From Selaginella moellendorffii (Eukaryota > Plantae > Lycopodiophyta), in NCBI RefSeq assembly GCF_000143415.4, contig NW_003314294.1:1767015-1831014 (forward strand): 64,000 nucleotides of DNA, given 5' to 3'. The notes under the pieces are model-generated. The model saw only the letters and a program-made list of their open reading frames with translations. It did no database searches and was not told the DNA's origin. Within the stretch, counting starts at the first letter, position 1. Each line of letters begins with the position of its first letter. Shown here one piece after another: positions 41,001 through 54,064 of the stretch. A program made the position numbers and the translations under genes.

Positions 41001-42816
41001 CTACCTTGGGAGACACTTCAAGGTTTACACGGACAATGTGGCAACGAAACACTTCTTGTCACAGCCCGACCTAAGGGGAAAACAAGGTCGGTGGGCCAAT
41101 GCTTTGGCCGAGTTTGATTGCGAGATCTTGTACAAGCCTGGGAAGAGCAACATCGTGGCAGATGCGCTAAGTCGAAAAGCGAGCTTGAAGTTGGCGATAT
41201 CTAGCGCGACAGCAACCTTTTGGGACGATGTGCAGACCGCATACGAGAGTGATGGTCTAGCACAAGAAGTGTTGCTGAGGAATCTGGAGGCGCGGGAAGC
41301 TCACCAGAGAGGTGAGCTGCCAACGGAAGAGAAAACGGGCTATGCGGAACGCAACAGACTCATATATTACAAGCAAACGAGGGTGTATGTTCCAGAAGGG
41401 GAACTAAGGAAAGTAGCCTTGGAAGAGTGTCATGACGGACCTCTTGCGGGACACGGCGGAGTGCCCAAGACGATGGGCTTACTCAAAAGGAAGTATCACT
41501 GGCCAGATATGGCTAAGGACGTCCAAGACTATGTAAAGACATGTCCAACATGTCAGCAGGTCAAAGCCGTGACGAAGGCTAGTGGGGGCTTGTTGCAAAG
41601 CATCCCCATTCCAGATCGTCCGTGGAAATGTCTCACGATGGACTTTATCACGGGACTACCCCCAAGCGAGGGGTTCGATGCGATATTCGTGGTGGTGGAC
41701 CGATTTTCAAAGATGGCACATTTCATGCCCACCACAACGGATGTGGATGCGGAAGGTGTGGCGAAGCTGTTCTTCGAACAAGTGGTTCGAGTGCGGGGAA
41801 GGCCGGAAGAGATTATCTCAGATCGAGATAAGATCTTCACCAGTAGGTTCTGGAAGACACTCCTAGAACAGTATCGCACCAAGTTGAAATTCAGCATGGC
41901 CTATCACCCACAGACAGGTAATGGGTATTGAGTCAAGATTGATGGCACTAACACTTCTTGACAGACGGACAAACGGAAAGGGTGAATAGGCAGCTGGAGG
42001 ATTATTTGCGATGCTATGTCTCGGGAGACTAGACCGACTGGGTAAGTCATTTGGGACTTGCGGAAATGTGTTATAACAACTCACCACATTCGAGCATCGG
42101 GGTGAGTCCATGGGAAGTCATCAATGGGCGAGCTATTGAAGGTCCTGTGGAACTCGGCGTGGCCGAGTATCATGGAGAGTTACCTGCAGTGGAGGCATTC
42201 ACGGCGGAAAGACTCAACATTTGGAATCTAGTGAGGGATTCCTTGGAACGGGCTCAACAAAGGCAAACTAAGTACGCGAACCAAAAGCGTCGAGATGTGG
42301 AGTTCCAAGCTGGGGAGAAGGTGTGGCTGAACACCAAGAACCTCAGGCTACCAAGTGGGATTAGCCGGAAGTTGACCCAAAGGTAAAAATGCATGTATTC
42401 CTGTAAATGAATTGATCTTGAGTTCCTTAAGCAGGTTCGCGGGGCCTTACGAGATTGAGGCTCGAATCGGTAAAGTGGCTTACCGTCTCCGACTTCCTCG
42501 AGAGATGGGGAAGATGCATCCCGTGTTCCACGTGAACTTACTCAAGCCGTATTTTGAGGATCCGCTTCGCAAGGACCAAGTAAGACCTTTACCTGAGGTT
42601 ATCCAAGGGGAGGAGGAATACAAAGTCGAGGCCATCCTCAATGCGCGCAAGAGCAAGCGACAAGGACGCGAGGTGAGAGAGTTCCATGTGAAGTGGAAAG
42701 GATTTCCACACTGCGAAGCAACATGGGAACCGGAGGAGAACCTAGCGAACGCGCGAGATCTAGTGGAGGAATTTCTGCATGGCAGAACTCTATGTACTTA
42801 TGCAAAGTTCAATTAA
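38044..42816 (+). pseudogene. Gag-pol of chromovirus copy B; 3 predicted exons; three nonsense mutations
   Basis: Exons 38044-41917, 41965-42382, 42435-42816. Stops TGA 38212, TAG 39841 and TAG 42030 are CGA/CAG in copy A. Confidence 0.88.
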
Positions 42817-44397
42817 AAGTATCAATTTGAGAAGTTGAGCAATGGCATATGTTGGGACCCGAAGGCGCGCCGAAGGTAAGCTAATTAGCATGGGTTAGCT
42901 AGGTCGACCAGGCGTAGGGAGCTACGCCCGACTCCCTGCGGGGATGTCGAAACCGTAGACGTATTCTACGGAGGTTGGGTTCGAGTCCCAACCCCCTAGT
43001 AAAGCAAGGCTGGGTTCAAGTCCCGACCCCATACTAGGGCGTGGTGAGGGGAGGAGTATAGGGACACCTATATTCCGTTGTCATGAGCTCTTGGCCGGGG
43101 AGGCTAACTTAGGCACACCGCTAAGTGGGGGGATGCCCCCGGAGACATGGTCAACAAGTCGTAGGATAAAAAAGAGACGTTCGATGTGGGCATCGAACTT
43201 CTTCTATGGGTGGTGGAGTTGTAAGGAACCAACTCGCCGAGGTGTCGTAGGCTAAGGGAACCCCGAAAGCATGACCAAAATGACAAAGAGTTTATCGGAT
43301 GGGACCAAGTCAAAGATCGAGTCCAAGACCGACTCTAGGACCGAGTTCGAGATAGAGTCCGGAATCGAGTCCAAGACCGACTCGGGGACCGAGTTCGAGT
43401 CCGAGTTCGAGACCGAGTTCGAGACGGAGTCCGAGATCCGAAATCGGGTCCGAGACCGAGTCCGAAGTCGAGTCCGAGGTCGGGCCCGAGATCGGGTCCG
43501 AGGTCGGGCCCGAGATCGGGTCCGAGATCGAGTCCGCGATCGAGTCCGAGACCGAATCCGAAGTCGGATCCGAAATCGGATCCGAGATCGAGCCAAAGAC
43601 TAAGTCCAAATACTAATACGGGTCAAGGGGTGAAAGCCCAAAGCGTGCGTCCCCCAGGGGGGGGGGGCTGCAGGGGGTTCCAAAAGTATAGTAGGGATAG
43701 TGAGGTCCAGGAACCAGTTTTGAAGGGACTCTCCAGTTGGGCTTCCAAACCGACTTGAGGTTGGGACTGGGACTAAGGGGCCTTGGGTGGGAGTGAGTAT
43801 GGACTTGGTTGGTGCCGGAGGGGCCATCCAAGGAAGTGCTCAAGAGCAGCTCCCACTCCCGAAAGGGAAACCGATTGCGGTGCTCCCGGCTCATGTGGAG
43901 TGGTGCCCCACTTGAGTACCATGCGGCTCATTGGTCCTCGCCCTTCCTAGGGGCTTGGGCCTTCCTTCGGGATGGAAGTGGGGGGCGAGAGGTACCCATA
44001 CCGGGCCGTTAGGCCACGGTGTTTCGCCCCGGCGTCCCGAAGCAAGTGTTGCACTCAAGACTTGGGATTTAGAGGGTCCCATGATCAAGTCTTGTGGTAC
44101 CAAGGGATGTTAGGAACCTGGAAGCTTGGTGTGCTTGGCTGCTTGTGCTTGCGGGGAGTGTAGCCGAACCTTAAGTCCAGTCTAACCCGGGGAGGGGGAT
44201 TGGGAGTGATTTGGGGAATCCGTGGAAGGATGGCTAACACTCCGTTGCTCGTGCAGTGAGTAGCTGAAACCAAGTAGGAGCTGGTACCATAGGCGAGAAC
44301 CTTAGCAAGGGAACTTAGCAAAAGCCAAGGCAGTGTTGGACGGATAGACGAGGTAAGCTGGCAAATTGGAAAGGAAAAATTTGTGGCTTACACTATA

Positions 44398-45140
44398 AAA
44401 TAACTGAATGGCCGTACCTAATTTTCAAACTACCAAAAACTTAAACACCAACCAACGGTTAAGACTTTTCCAGCTAATAACTCTTTATCCACAACTTCGA
44501 TTGACTTGATTTCACCACCAAAGAACTTCCCTTGATAAGATCTTAAACTTCATAGAAAACAACTTCTTCAAATTCTCACTTCTGAAATCCATCACTTTTT
44601 CTCTCTCTTCCCAGGAAGCTTCTTCAGCGAGCTTCTTCATTTTTCACCTTTTTCTAGCTCAGAAAAACGTCAGTACTCACAAAAGCAACCTCAAGTATGA
44701 AAATACAACCATATATACGGTTGACAGTCATCACCTTTATCCTTAGCAACATACCATGCCTCTCTAAACATCCTCTTTTTACAACACTTAGCTCCTAAGT
44801 CTATTGCTTTTGTCTTACCATCATGATCAAGTCAACATCCTATGATCACCTCTGGTCCACACAGCATGATCAGCATCCTCTGACTACTCTTGAGGTACAT
44901 CTTAGGCTTAAACTTCAAAATCTCATTTCGGGTATGACAGTTCAAGCCTTCTAGGAAATGACTTCTGGCATCCTCATCACTCATATTGACAATCATAATG
45001 CATGTCTTAGTAAAGGCATTAACATAGTTCATAAGGTCACCTTTTTGTTTGAGTTGACATAATTCTGCACAAAGTCAAAGACCAAGATCCTCTAATAAGT
45101 ATTCTTTTTGTATATGAGACTGCACCTGGGCTATCACGAA
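44398..45140 (-). mobile_element. Degenerate gag remnant of an older LTR element
   Basis: Minus strand reads LKQKGDLMNYVNAFTKT..MSDEDARSHFLEGL (retrotransposon gag major-homology-like region). Confidence 0.55.
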
Positions 45141-46843
45141 GGCAAGATATTCCTAAGGAGATAATTTCTGGGACTATCTCCTAAAACTTACCAAAAATGG
45201 TTATGTGACAAGTTGCAAATGGAATAACAAAAACAACACCATACCATTCATGACACTCTCTTGAACCCTTAGACATGCCAAAATGGCAAATCTAACAGTT
45301 ACTATAAATAGTAATAAGAAACTCATTATCCAACAAATCTAATGAAAAATAGCAAGGATGCTCGGAGAGCATGATAAGCTATCTCCTAGTGATATTGAGT
45401 GACTATTGCTCAATATCATAGGAGTTCTTACCATTAGTTAGTGTAAGATATAATATAATGGGAACTCCTTACTAGGTTAATAACACTTACGAATTCTGTT
45501 CTTATGCTCATTTAGTCCTGGTAGTATGGGTTAGTGCCCTGAAGTCATGTTTGTGACACAGACATAGAGAAAACAATCTTTTGGCAATCCTAATGTGTTG
45601 TTGATGACATATTCTATATTATCAATATATGTGCTTGCCCATATACCCAACATTAAATCAAATTATTGTTACAAATTCTTCATATGGAGCAAAAATGCAA
45701 TTGCTCCTAGTCAGATAGAATACACCCTCTTGCCACCCTTAGGCTTCACCAAGAGCAAATTAAAAAGTTCTAAAAGGACAAGATACTTTTTAGGATTTTG
45801 TGAAATAAAATAAAAATATAAAGTGTGAGAAAACATTTAGTTAAAAATGGAATAAAAGAAATAAGTATACCTTTGTCTTTCAGCCTGATTTACAATAGGC
45901 ACTGGTACATAATTAACACCAATATTACTATTGGTATTAATTCCATAGACATTTGGGATATCTTCATAGTAACATTATCGTAAAATATTGTCGAGTTATT
46001 TACTTGGAAAGCTAAACCTTCAAGTCTCATTCCAAAATAAACTATAAAATAAGAATATTATATACAAAATATAATGAATAATTTATTACTTGACTGTTGA
46101 AACGAAATAGTAAAATTATAATATTGAACCACTATATACTTCTTCACATCCAGGAAGAAGACTGCTTTGTGCTTTGGTTCCTTTAATACTGTTTTGTTAT
46201 TTAGTTCCTTTAGATTCTATCTCAGGTCCAACTATAGAAACCCACTTATTGTTGCTTCAAGAACAACAGTGTCTTGTGTCTTAATATTTGGCTCAGTAGC
46301 AGATTAGATCTCTAACAAAAAAACAAAAACCACAGTCCAGTAGCTCGAGACAAAGTTGCCGTGCATGAGTGTTGAGGTCAGCCACGACAGTCAATACATC
46401 ACAACCGCGGATAAGCTCTATTTCGTTAAAGTGGGAATTGTCATTATCCCACTTGTAAAATAAGGTTTCCAAACCTTTATATAGTATATAAATATAACAA
46501 AATTCAACTGCATTGAGGCACATGCCATTTTATTTTAAACAAGGAAATGTCTACTCAATCACTTCTCACTGCTTCACCTCTCTCTTCTCCTTGTCATCGT
46601 CGTCCAATTTCTTTCCATCCTTTTAATATTGGCTCAGTTGCTCCAAGTCTAGGTGGAGCCCAAGTCCCCATTCAATCTTTACTTTCCCCTTATTAATAAA
46701 ACAACTTCGTAGACTTCCAATAACATGCTGTAACACTTCTAGTATAATGCAAATCCTCTCAAAGAATTGTCTTTTAATATTAATACAATGGCATGGAACC
46801 CCATGCCATAATAAGTTACATTTTTAAATAAATACATGCCATC

Positions 46844-49800
46844 TCAGACTGTTATTTTTTGCCTCCAACGCCTATACAATAATCTTGGAATTTCATCACT
46901 CTCCACACTATCAGGATTTAAACCCAATAGTAATGCCATCTCTTCTCTAATACGTCCACGCTCATGTTCAGTGGTCGAAGAACCCATCCGGTTGAGCAGA
47001 TTATGGAGATGCGGATAGTGCTTGGCTAGACAATATACATGCCATAAATGATGACTGGTGTCTGTCCGATCAAATGGCTTCTGATATACCGTTCCATCTG
47101 CCATTTGGTTGATTTCTGCAGCCACCTCCTGGACTGGCCGGTTCTCTATCACCATCGCTTCAAGCCGTTTTGCAAGGTCCCCCAGAACATACGGTTTCTT
47201 CTCCCTAGTTTCCATACTGCAAGAGATGGGGTGCACTGCATATGTGTGCGTGTTCACTGCAGTTTTAATCGGCGAGTCATCGATGATGAGGATTTCACTT
47301 GACCTAGCAGTCCGGTTCATCACTACAGCCTCTGCCTTGACGAAGATGGGCTTGCTACCCCTCACATGGACCATAGTCAAGCAATCCTCCTGCGTTAGGA
47401 GAAAGTCAAATGGTAATATTACTCGCGTCTGATCGTGCATCATCTGTAGCAACGTTAATGCATTGTGGCGCATCATGGATGTCCAAACTCCCAATTGCAA
47501 ATTGAACCCGGCCCTCTGTTTTAAGTGTCGCATGGTCATTATTAGATCCCGTAGTTTCTCCCGTGTGATTAATGTGAATCTGTCTCTTTTGACCAACTTG
47601 CGACCACAGGCTTTGGAGGGTGCAATGACATTCGAGGACGAGCCACGCTCATGGGAGAAAAGGACACCGTTCAGATCAAAAACGATACAGTACTTTCGCC
47701 GTGACTCTGAAATGAAATGCGTCAGCATAAAACATGGTACAAGTCAATTTTACCATCTACAATATTAGCGAATGGTGCTCCCGATGGTCGTTCAAAGGGT
47801 TTTGGTCGAGGAAACGTGAAGGGCGGAAATACTCTCCTCTGCAATGTGGGGTCAATCGCATCCGATGGCGTGTGGGCACATGCCATTTCAGCTGTAGACT
47901 CTGGTACAACTGGCTCAACAGTGGCATGGGGTGGTTCCGATGGCGTGTGATCACACGCCATTTCAGCTGGTGCCTCCGTTGGCAAAGTGGACATGACCGA
48001 ACAGGCAGCAGGGGCGGTGTAGGGAGGTTCCAACGGCGCGTAGTCAGACGATTGGGCACACGTTGGAAATGAGGATACGACCGGCTCGGCGGCTGGGGCG
48101 GCCTCATGCGGGTCCAATGGCGCCTGGTCACCGTCAGTTGGATACGTGGACAAGATTGACTCAGTGGTATGGGCAGCATCAAGTGGAGCGTGGTCAGCTT
48201 GCTTGGCGTTGATATGGATAGTAGCCTCCACCAGCTCTGATGACTCTTGCAGGCAAGTAGAGTCCACTGGCGGATCCATATGCATGTCCAAATATCTCCC
48301 TTCGATTGAGATGGTATCCTCCCGTGCTACTAAAAACAAACTCATTAGCACATTGAATCGACTATACTGTATTTACCATCAACTGCTATTGAGGAACTAG
48401 GACCGATATCACTTGGGCGCACTGCTGATTCTGAAGGATTGGACATACGTTTCGACCCTTGCTTGGCACTATCCTTCCTCGACACTAAAGGCTAGAGTTT
48501 GTATCTTAATTCAACTGAATAATCTCTACTTACCATTTCTTCTGCGACCTACATGGACAATGTTAGAAATGGTAAAAGGTTAGGAATGGATGTACTATTA
48601 TTTACCTGATGGTTTGTCTTGTATGACCTTCCTCCGCTGCTCTTTGGCCACCTCAGGCTGGCCATCGTCGTCATCATCGTCATCATCGTTATTGTGATCG
48701 TCACCATTGTGAGGACCATCCAAGTCCTCTTCGTCCTCCTCTTCTTCGTCCTCCTCTTCTTCGTCCTCCTCTTCGTCCTTCTGCTCTTCCTGCTCATTAT
48801 CTTTCTCTGGCTCCTCATCCCCCTCTTGCATTTCTTCCATAGGCTGCTCAGGCTGGATTGCTTGTTTTTCCAGGACCATCTTGGAAAAATCATCTGGCCG
48901 AGTCTCCATCTCAAAATACAAGACATCCATAGCCTGTTTTAGTGCGTGACCTAGGACCGTATCCTCACCCGACTGTCTTAACATGGTTTCTGCACGTTCT
49001 TGCACCCTTCGAAGACGACGAGATGAGAAAAACGTGGCCCTGACTTGAAAAGCATCCCTCATCCATTGTACCTCTCCATTGAGATTGGGGAAGGGGAGTC
49101 CGCCATAGGAATCTGAGTCAGAAGGTGGTGACTGGCTCCTTTCACTCAGCCCTTGATCTGCAATGAATGGCATGAGCACACACGCCATAACCGCGAGGCA
49201 TTACCTATCATCTTTTTGTTGCCCTTCTTCCTTTTCGAATCAAACGCCTCTGATCCCGACGACTGTCCAACGTGCTTTCGCTTTTTATGACCACTGTCAG
49301 TTTGAGCTTGGCTGGTGCTTGCCTGTTTTGCCTTTGAAGAAGTGTCTCCTGCAAGGAATGGCATGAGACCACACGCCATTGTAAATATAATTTGTACCTC
49401 CTTTTTTCCTATTGCTTGTCTGTTTGTCCTTCTTCGACGCGCCACCAGTGCGCTTTTCAGTCCTCGTGTCTGAATATTCACAACGATCTATAATCAAAAT
49501 GGCGTGAGGCCTCACGTGACCTTACCTTGTGCAGGTTGTGACCTCGGCCTAACATCAGTAGCTGTTAACGCCGTTTCAGCATCTGGGGGTGGCCACGCTC
49601 CTGCATACAGAGCTTGTGAGATAACATTTAAACTTAAAGTGCGTACTCACCAGGTTCGTAGAGAAGATACTGTTTTTCTTTGGCAATTGTAATTATATGC
49701 TCCATTGAAGTCACCTCTTCAATGGAGTTTGTCACCACAACACACGGGACACCCTTGAGTAGTGCGGCTCGAAAGAATAGTCTGCCGCAGTTGTACTCGA

Positions 49801-52434
49801 CAACGCATTTGCCCTTGGAGTCACCCGCTATTGCGTTGAAGACCCAGCTGAGCATTTCCCATGCTGCACCTGGAGCTTTCTTTGGATTCGAAAGCTCCAT
49901 AGCCGTCTTCAGTTCCTCAGGCACGGGTAAATTGACCTCCCTCAGATCAATTCGATCAGCTTTGTTGAACGAAGCTGGGAAGTCACTCCAGTCCCACTCT
50001 GCTGCAGGACCAATAACAAGGGCGACTGTGAAGATGCGGACATTCGTCGGTATCTTCTTCTTAGCCATTATCCCATGGATCTCCCGCATCTCCTTGCCTT
50101 TCAACCGAGCCTTCACCTCGTTCAAGGCCTTCCAGAACTTGTGATAGGATTCGGAGTCGTAGATCATATAGTGGACTGAAGATTCCACCTCCGCAAGTCC
50201 CACCATTAAGTCAATGATGGAGCTGACTTCGTCTGCATGAGTGATCTCCTCGTTTGTGAAGTCCATCACACAAAAGATGTTCTTGACCTGCTCATCTCCG
50301 CGGGAAACGATGCTCCTCCACCTTTGATCCTCATCCGAATTCACGTATACCCGGTAAGGTTCTCGATAGGCCTCTGCTGCGGGGTCGAGCTGTTTCTGAA
50401 GCCGGCGGTCGACATCCCTCTTAATGAAATTTGGATACTGATCCAACTTCTCAGCTTTACTTTTCGTGGCATCCCGCAGCAGATCGATGAACTTGGGGGC
50501 CCCCTTCACGTACTCGTCGATGTCTTCATTTGACAAGTCCAGCTCTTCCATCATCTCTTGCGTGGTGTCGATGCTCACCCTCGCCACGGCCACTTGCTCG
50601 AAGATCCAATCCTTCAATAGCGCACGAGCTCTCAGAGTCGTGCACAAGTCCTCGTATGTCACAATATGGCCGGGAGTCATTTTGGTCTTGTTGAAGACTA
50701 CCTCACCAAGTAGAAGAGCATTAGCCACTGTCAGAAGGTCGTCGTCGTCTAGAGACCGCGAGAAACGCAAGGCGTTGAGCTTCAAATCATTGGGCTTCCG
50801 ACCGTCCTCCACACCCATTGAGTTTAGCAACTCCCCGTCATGGTACCTCCTTAGCACATCTACCCATTTGTCAAAAACAACTTTTGTCGCGAGTAGAATG
50901 TTATGGATGCTGAGTGTGTCATTGACCCCCAGTGTTTTCGAGAGAAGACTCGAGAATTCCTGCAATGGAAATGGCGTGAGGCCACATGCTATGCCACATG
51001 CAACGAGGCTTACCTGCCAGGCGCTAGTTGCTAGTGCACGTCCTTGTCCTGGTTTTTGTGGCTTCTTCAGTTGAACCCAGAGCTTCCGTGTTCGTGCCAA
51101 TGTCTCGTGCAGACCCGATTTGTAGCACGTTTCTTGCTTGACATTCTGCGCGTGGGAGATGTATATGATAGATCGGAGGGGCGAGTTGCCTTTTATCAGG
51201 CGGACAACTCTTGTCTTGAAGACTTTCTTCACCTCCTCGCCCACCATAATATCCACAACTATCTGTTGCATCGCCAAGCTAGAATGCTGCCCGGAGACGG
51301 CATAGAACCGGATGTTCTGATCGTCCAACACCTTCCTATTGATCAAGTCTGGAAACCTCGTCTCGCCCTTCATTGTTCGGTAGTAGGGGATCACGTCTGC
51401 GATGTCGGGTGTTACTGGACTTGCCAGCATCTTCTGCTTCAGTTTCTCCACCCACTCATCAGATACTAGCCTGTGGTTGTATTTGCTTTGGATCTCGATA
51501 CGGCTCACGTCGATTGTATATACTTTGTTGGAATAGTAACAAGTACTATTATCTGCGACGATTTTTGCTGCCTCTTCTTGCTCTTTCTGCTCTTTGCGGC
51601 TCTTCTTTTTGGTGGGTGTAGTGTTCGAACCCGAGGCAATGGCATCACCGAGTAGCTTCTTTTTTGGAGCAGCAGAGTCGGACGTCGGCTTGAGCTTGAC
51701 CACCCTTTTCTGCTTCGGGGTAGTTTCCAGATCGACCCCCTTCCCCTTCGCTTCGCAAACTGGAGGCACTCTCAACGGCTCAATGTTGGAATATAGTTTT
51801 TGAACATCGCCGTAGGTGAGGTCCGTGGATTCCATGTGATCTTCATAGACCCGCAGCGTCTTTGAAATTGTGGGCCTCCTGGACAACCTCTCCCTAGCTC
51901 CCTCTAGGAATTCCTCATAGCCGCTGCCCCCCTCCGGGAAGCCGCTAGGATGTGCAAGGTGGATCTTGAAGGCGGACGCTGTCTCTACCACAAGTGCCAG
52001 TCCATATTCTTGCATGGAACTGTATGGAGTGTCTGTCACTTGGATGAGGATCCCCATGCATTCTTTTCTCCCACCATCTGTGTTGTACAGCATCAGATCC
52101 TCGCCTTCCATCCCGAAAGTCCAACTGGTGAGCTCCTCCCCCTTCTCTGCATCCACATTGACAGTGCCTGGAAGAAGAACGCAATTCCTCGCCTGTTCAG
52201 AAATGCACAACAATTAGAGCTGACAGATGAAAAGCTAGCAGCTGGAAATAACGTGAGGCCACACGCCATTCACCACTGCATCAGATGTCTTGAGGCTGCA
52301 TCCTAAGATGGCGTGAGGCTACACGCCATCTGTAACCGGACTGCACTCGAGAGCCCAATCGGTGCATGCCAATGTTGCTACTGAATGGCATGTGGCCTCA
52401 TGCCATTTTCTACTTGGCCTAAAAGACTTACCAT
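46844..52434 (-). CDS. 11-exon accessory gene, 1,631 aa: ParB/Srx-like, possible degenerate amino-MTase fold, acidic/disordered linker, FCP1/NIF-like HAD domain
   Basis: Exons 52434-52432 (ATG), 52192-51014, 50959-49651, 49600-49526, 49469-49398, 49348-49205, 49157-48606, 48548-48534, 48484-48377, 48329-47754, 47706-46844 sum to 4896 nt with no internal stop. All introns are GT-AG; nine are 47-57 nt. HAD motifs IVFDLNGVL, GVWTS, ILIIDDSPIK. Confidence 0.78.
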
Positions 52435-54031
52435 TTGAAGCCGAATGGAGGCCGTGACAATCGAGGCTGGACTCGCTGGCGAATGTGCACTGTGTGTGCA
52501 GCGGATCGTAGCAGCAAGGCTACTCTGCCACTTACAGTTGGAGAGTGGTGCTGAAATCTCCCGGGACGCCAAGTGGGCTGCGTGTGGGTGGTGGAGTGGG
52601 CGGCGGAGTTGGCGGCGAAGTTACAAACTGGGTGTGTCTTGAAGTGGACGCCGATGCACATGAGCGCGATGCGAGCGCGAGTGTGATGCAAGCGCGAGTG
52701 GACGCCGATGCACACGAGAAACCTGTAGAGAAGTGAGCGTGATCGCGAGTGGGAGCGCGATGCGAGCGGGAGCGCGAGTGTGATGCGAGCGCGAGCGCGA
52801 GTGTGCGAGCGCGAGTACAAAGCAAAATGCAAAACCTAACCTCACACGCGCGAAATGTCACAACGGTTGGTAATCCCGCCACGTCATCATTCCTCGGACT
52901 TGGGCGCCACCATTAATTTCTGGATTGCCGCGCGCATGCAAGCACGCAAAATCCAAAAGAAATCCGCAACGTCATCATTCCTCGGACTGCATGCACGCGA
53001 AATCCAAAAGAAAGATCATGATTGGGATATCATTTAATACCCTCGCTATATTTATACCATGCATGATTGGATATTCCAAAGCATCTTGTATTTCCAAAAA
53101 TGGCAGATGTTCAGCTAAATAAAGAAATTCTATCTGTTTCTATTTTTCTCTCAAATCAATATTATAGCGTGTGGGCTCATGCAATTTTGAACCAAAGAAA
53201 CCCAAAAAACGTTGGACCCAAAATATTTTGAAAAAACCCAAAAAACCCTAAACATTTTAAACCCAAAAATCCAGGCGTCCTGTGGCGTTATTCCTTGAAT
53301 GGCATGTGGGCGCATGCCATTTTCAGGGCCAAATGCTGAATGGAGAAAAATTCCCTTTCAGTGCAAATGCTGCAAGAGGCAGATGCCGAGCACAAAGGAC
53401 TGTAACTACCTCACATGACACAGATAAACTTTTCTCTATTTGGCAAAGATAAACTTTATAGCGTGTGGGCTCATGCAATTTTGAACCCAAAAAATGCACC
53501 AAAAAATTCTCGGCGTCATCTGGCATTATCTCTTGAATGGCGTGGGGCCGCATGCCATTTTCAGGGGCACATAGGAGTATATTCCTAGGATATTCTGACA
53601 CGCGCGAGATTTTTTTGAGTTTTCTGGAGATCCAACCGTTAGATCGCAACTAGATTTTACAGAATGGTATACAATGCCTTTCTTGATGACCCTGCAAAGA
53701 AGCATCTCGATCGGACACCACATGAGACCACACGAGCCTTACAATGTTTCAGGGGCATTTGCCATATATCCGACCGTTATTTTGCTCCAAGATTTTACAG
53801 TTTGGTGTGCATTGACCTTTCCATCGACACTGCAAAGGGACATCACAATCAGATGCGGGATCACAAGAAACTAACTTCACTAATTCTGGTTTCACCAAGA
53901 TCTACATAAGGAGTTTTGAAATGAAAGGACCCTCTCTATTGAAATGTGTTTATGGTCCTATAGGCATTGTGATATATCAAAGGATTTTGCATCAAGTTCT
54001 GTATTTGCATGTTTATCAAGCTACTGAATTG

Positions 54032-54064
54032 CTAAACCCTAAACCCTAAACCCTAAACCCTAAA
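54032..54064 (+). repeat. Plant telomeric repeat tract CTAAA(CCCTAAA)4 in the divergent intergenic region
   Basis: Directly visible. Confidence 0.9.

Larger units (their letters stand above)
36853..44392 (+). mobile_element. Ty3/gypsy chromovirus LTR retrotransposon, copy B, full length (7,540 bp)
   Basis: LTRs 36853-37984 and 43220-44392 (TGTAAG...CTTACA); TSD CTATA at 36848-36852 and 44393-44397; PBS 37988-38000; purine-rich tract 43208-43219. Confidence 0.96.

Noticed and set aside
41918-41964. Integrase breaks as ordinary frameshift decay or ribosomal frameshifting
   Set aside because: They are discrete GT-AG inserts shared by independent copies whose exact removal restores conserved motifs.
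42876-43000. AG/GTAAG donor-like site in the chromovirus 3' UTR
   Set aside because: No convincing acceptor or reading-frame constraint to support an intron.
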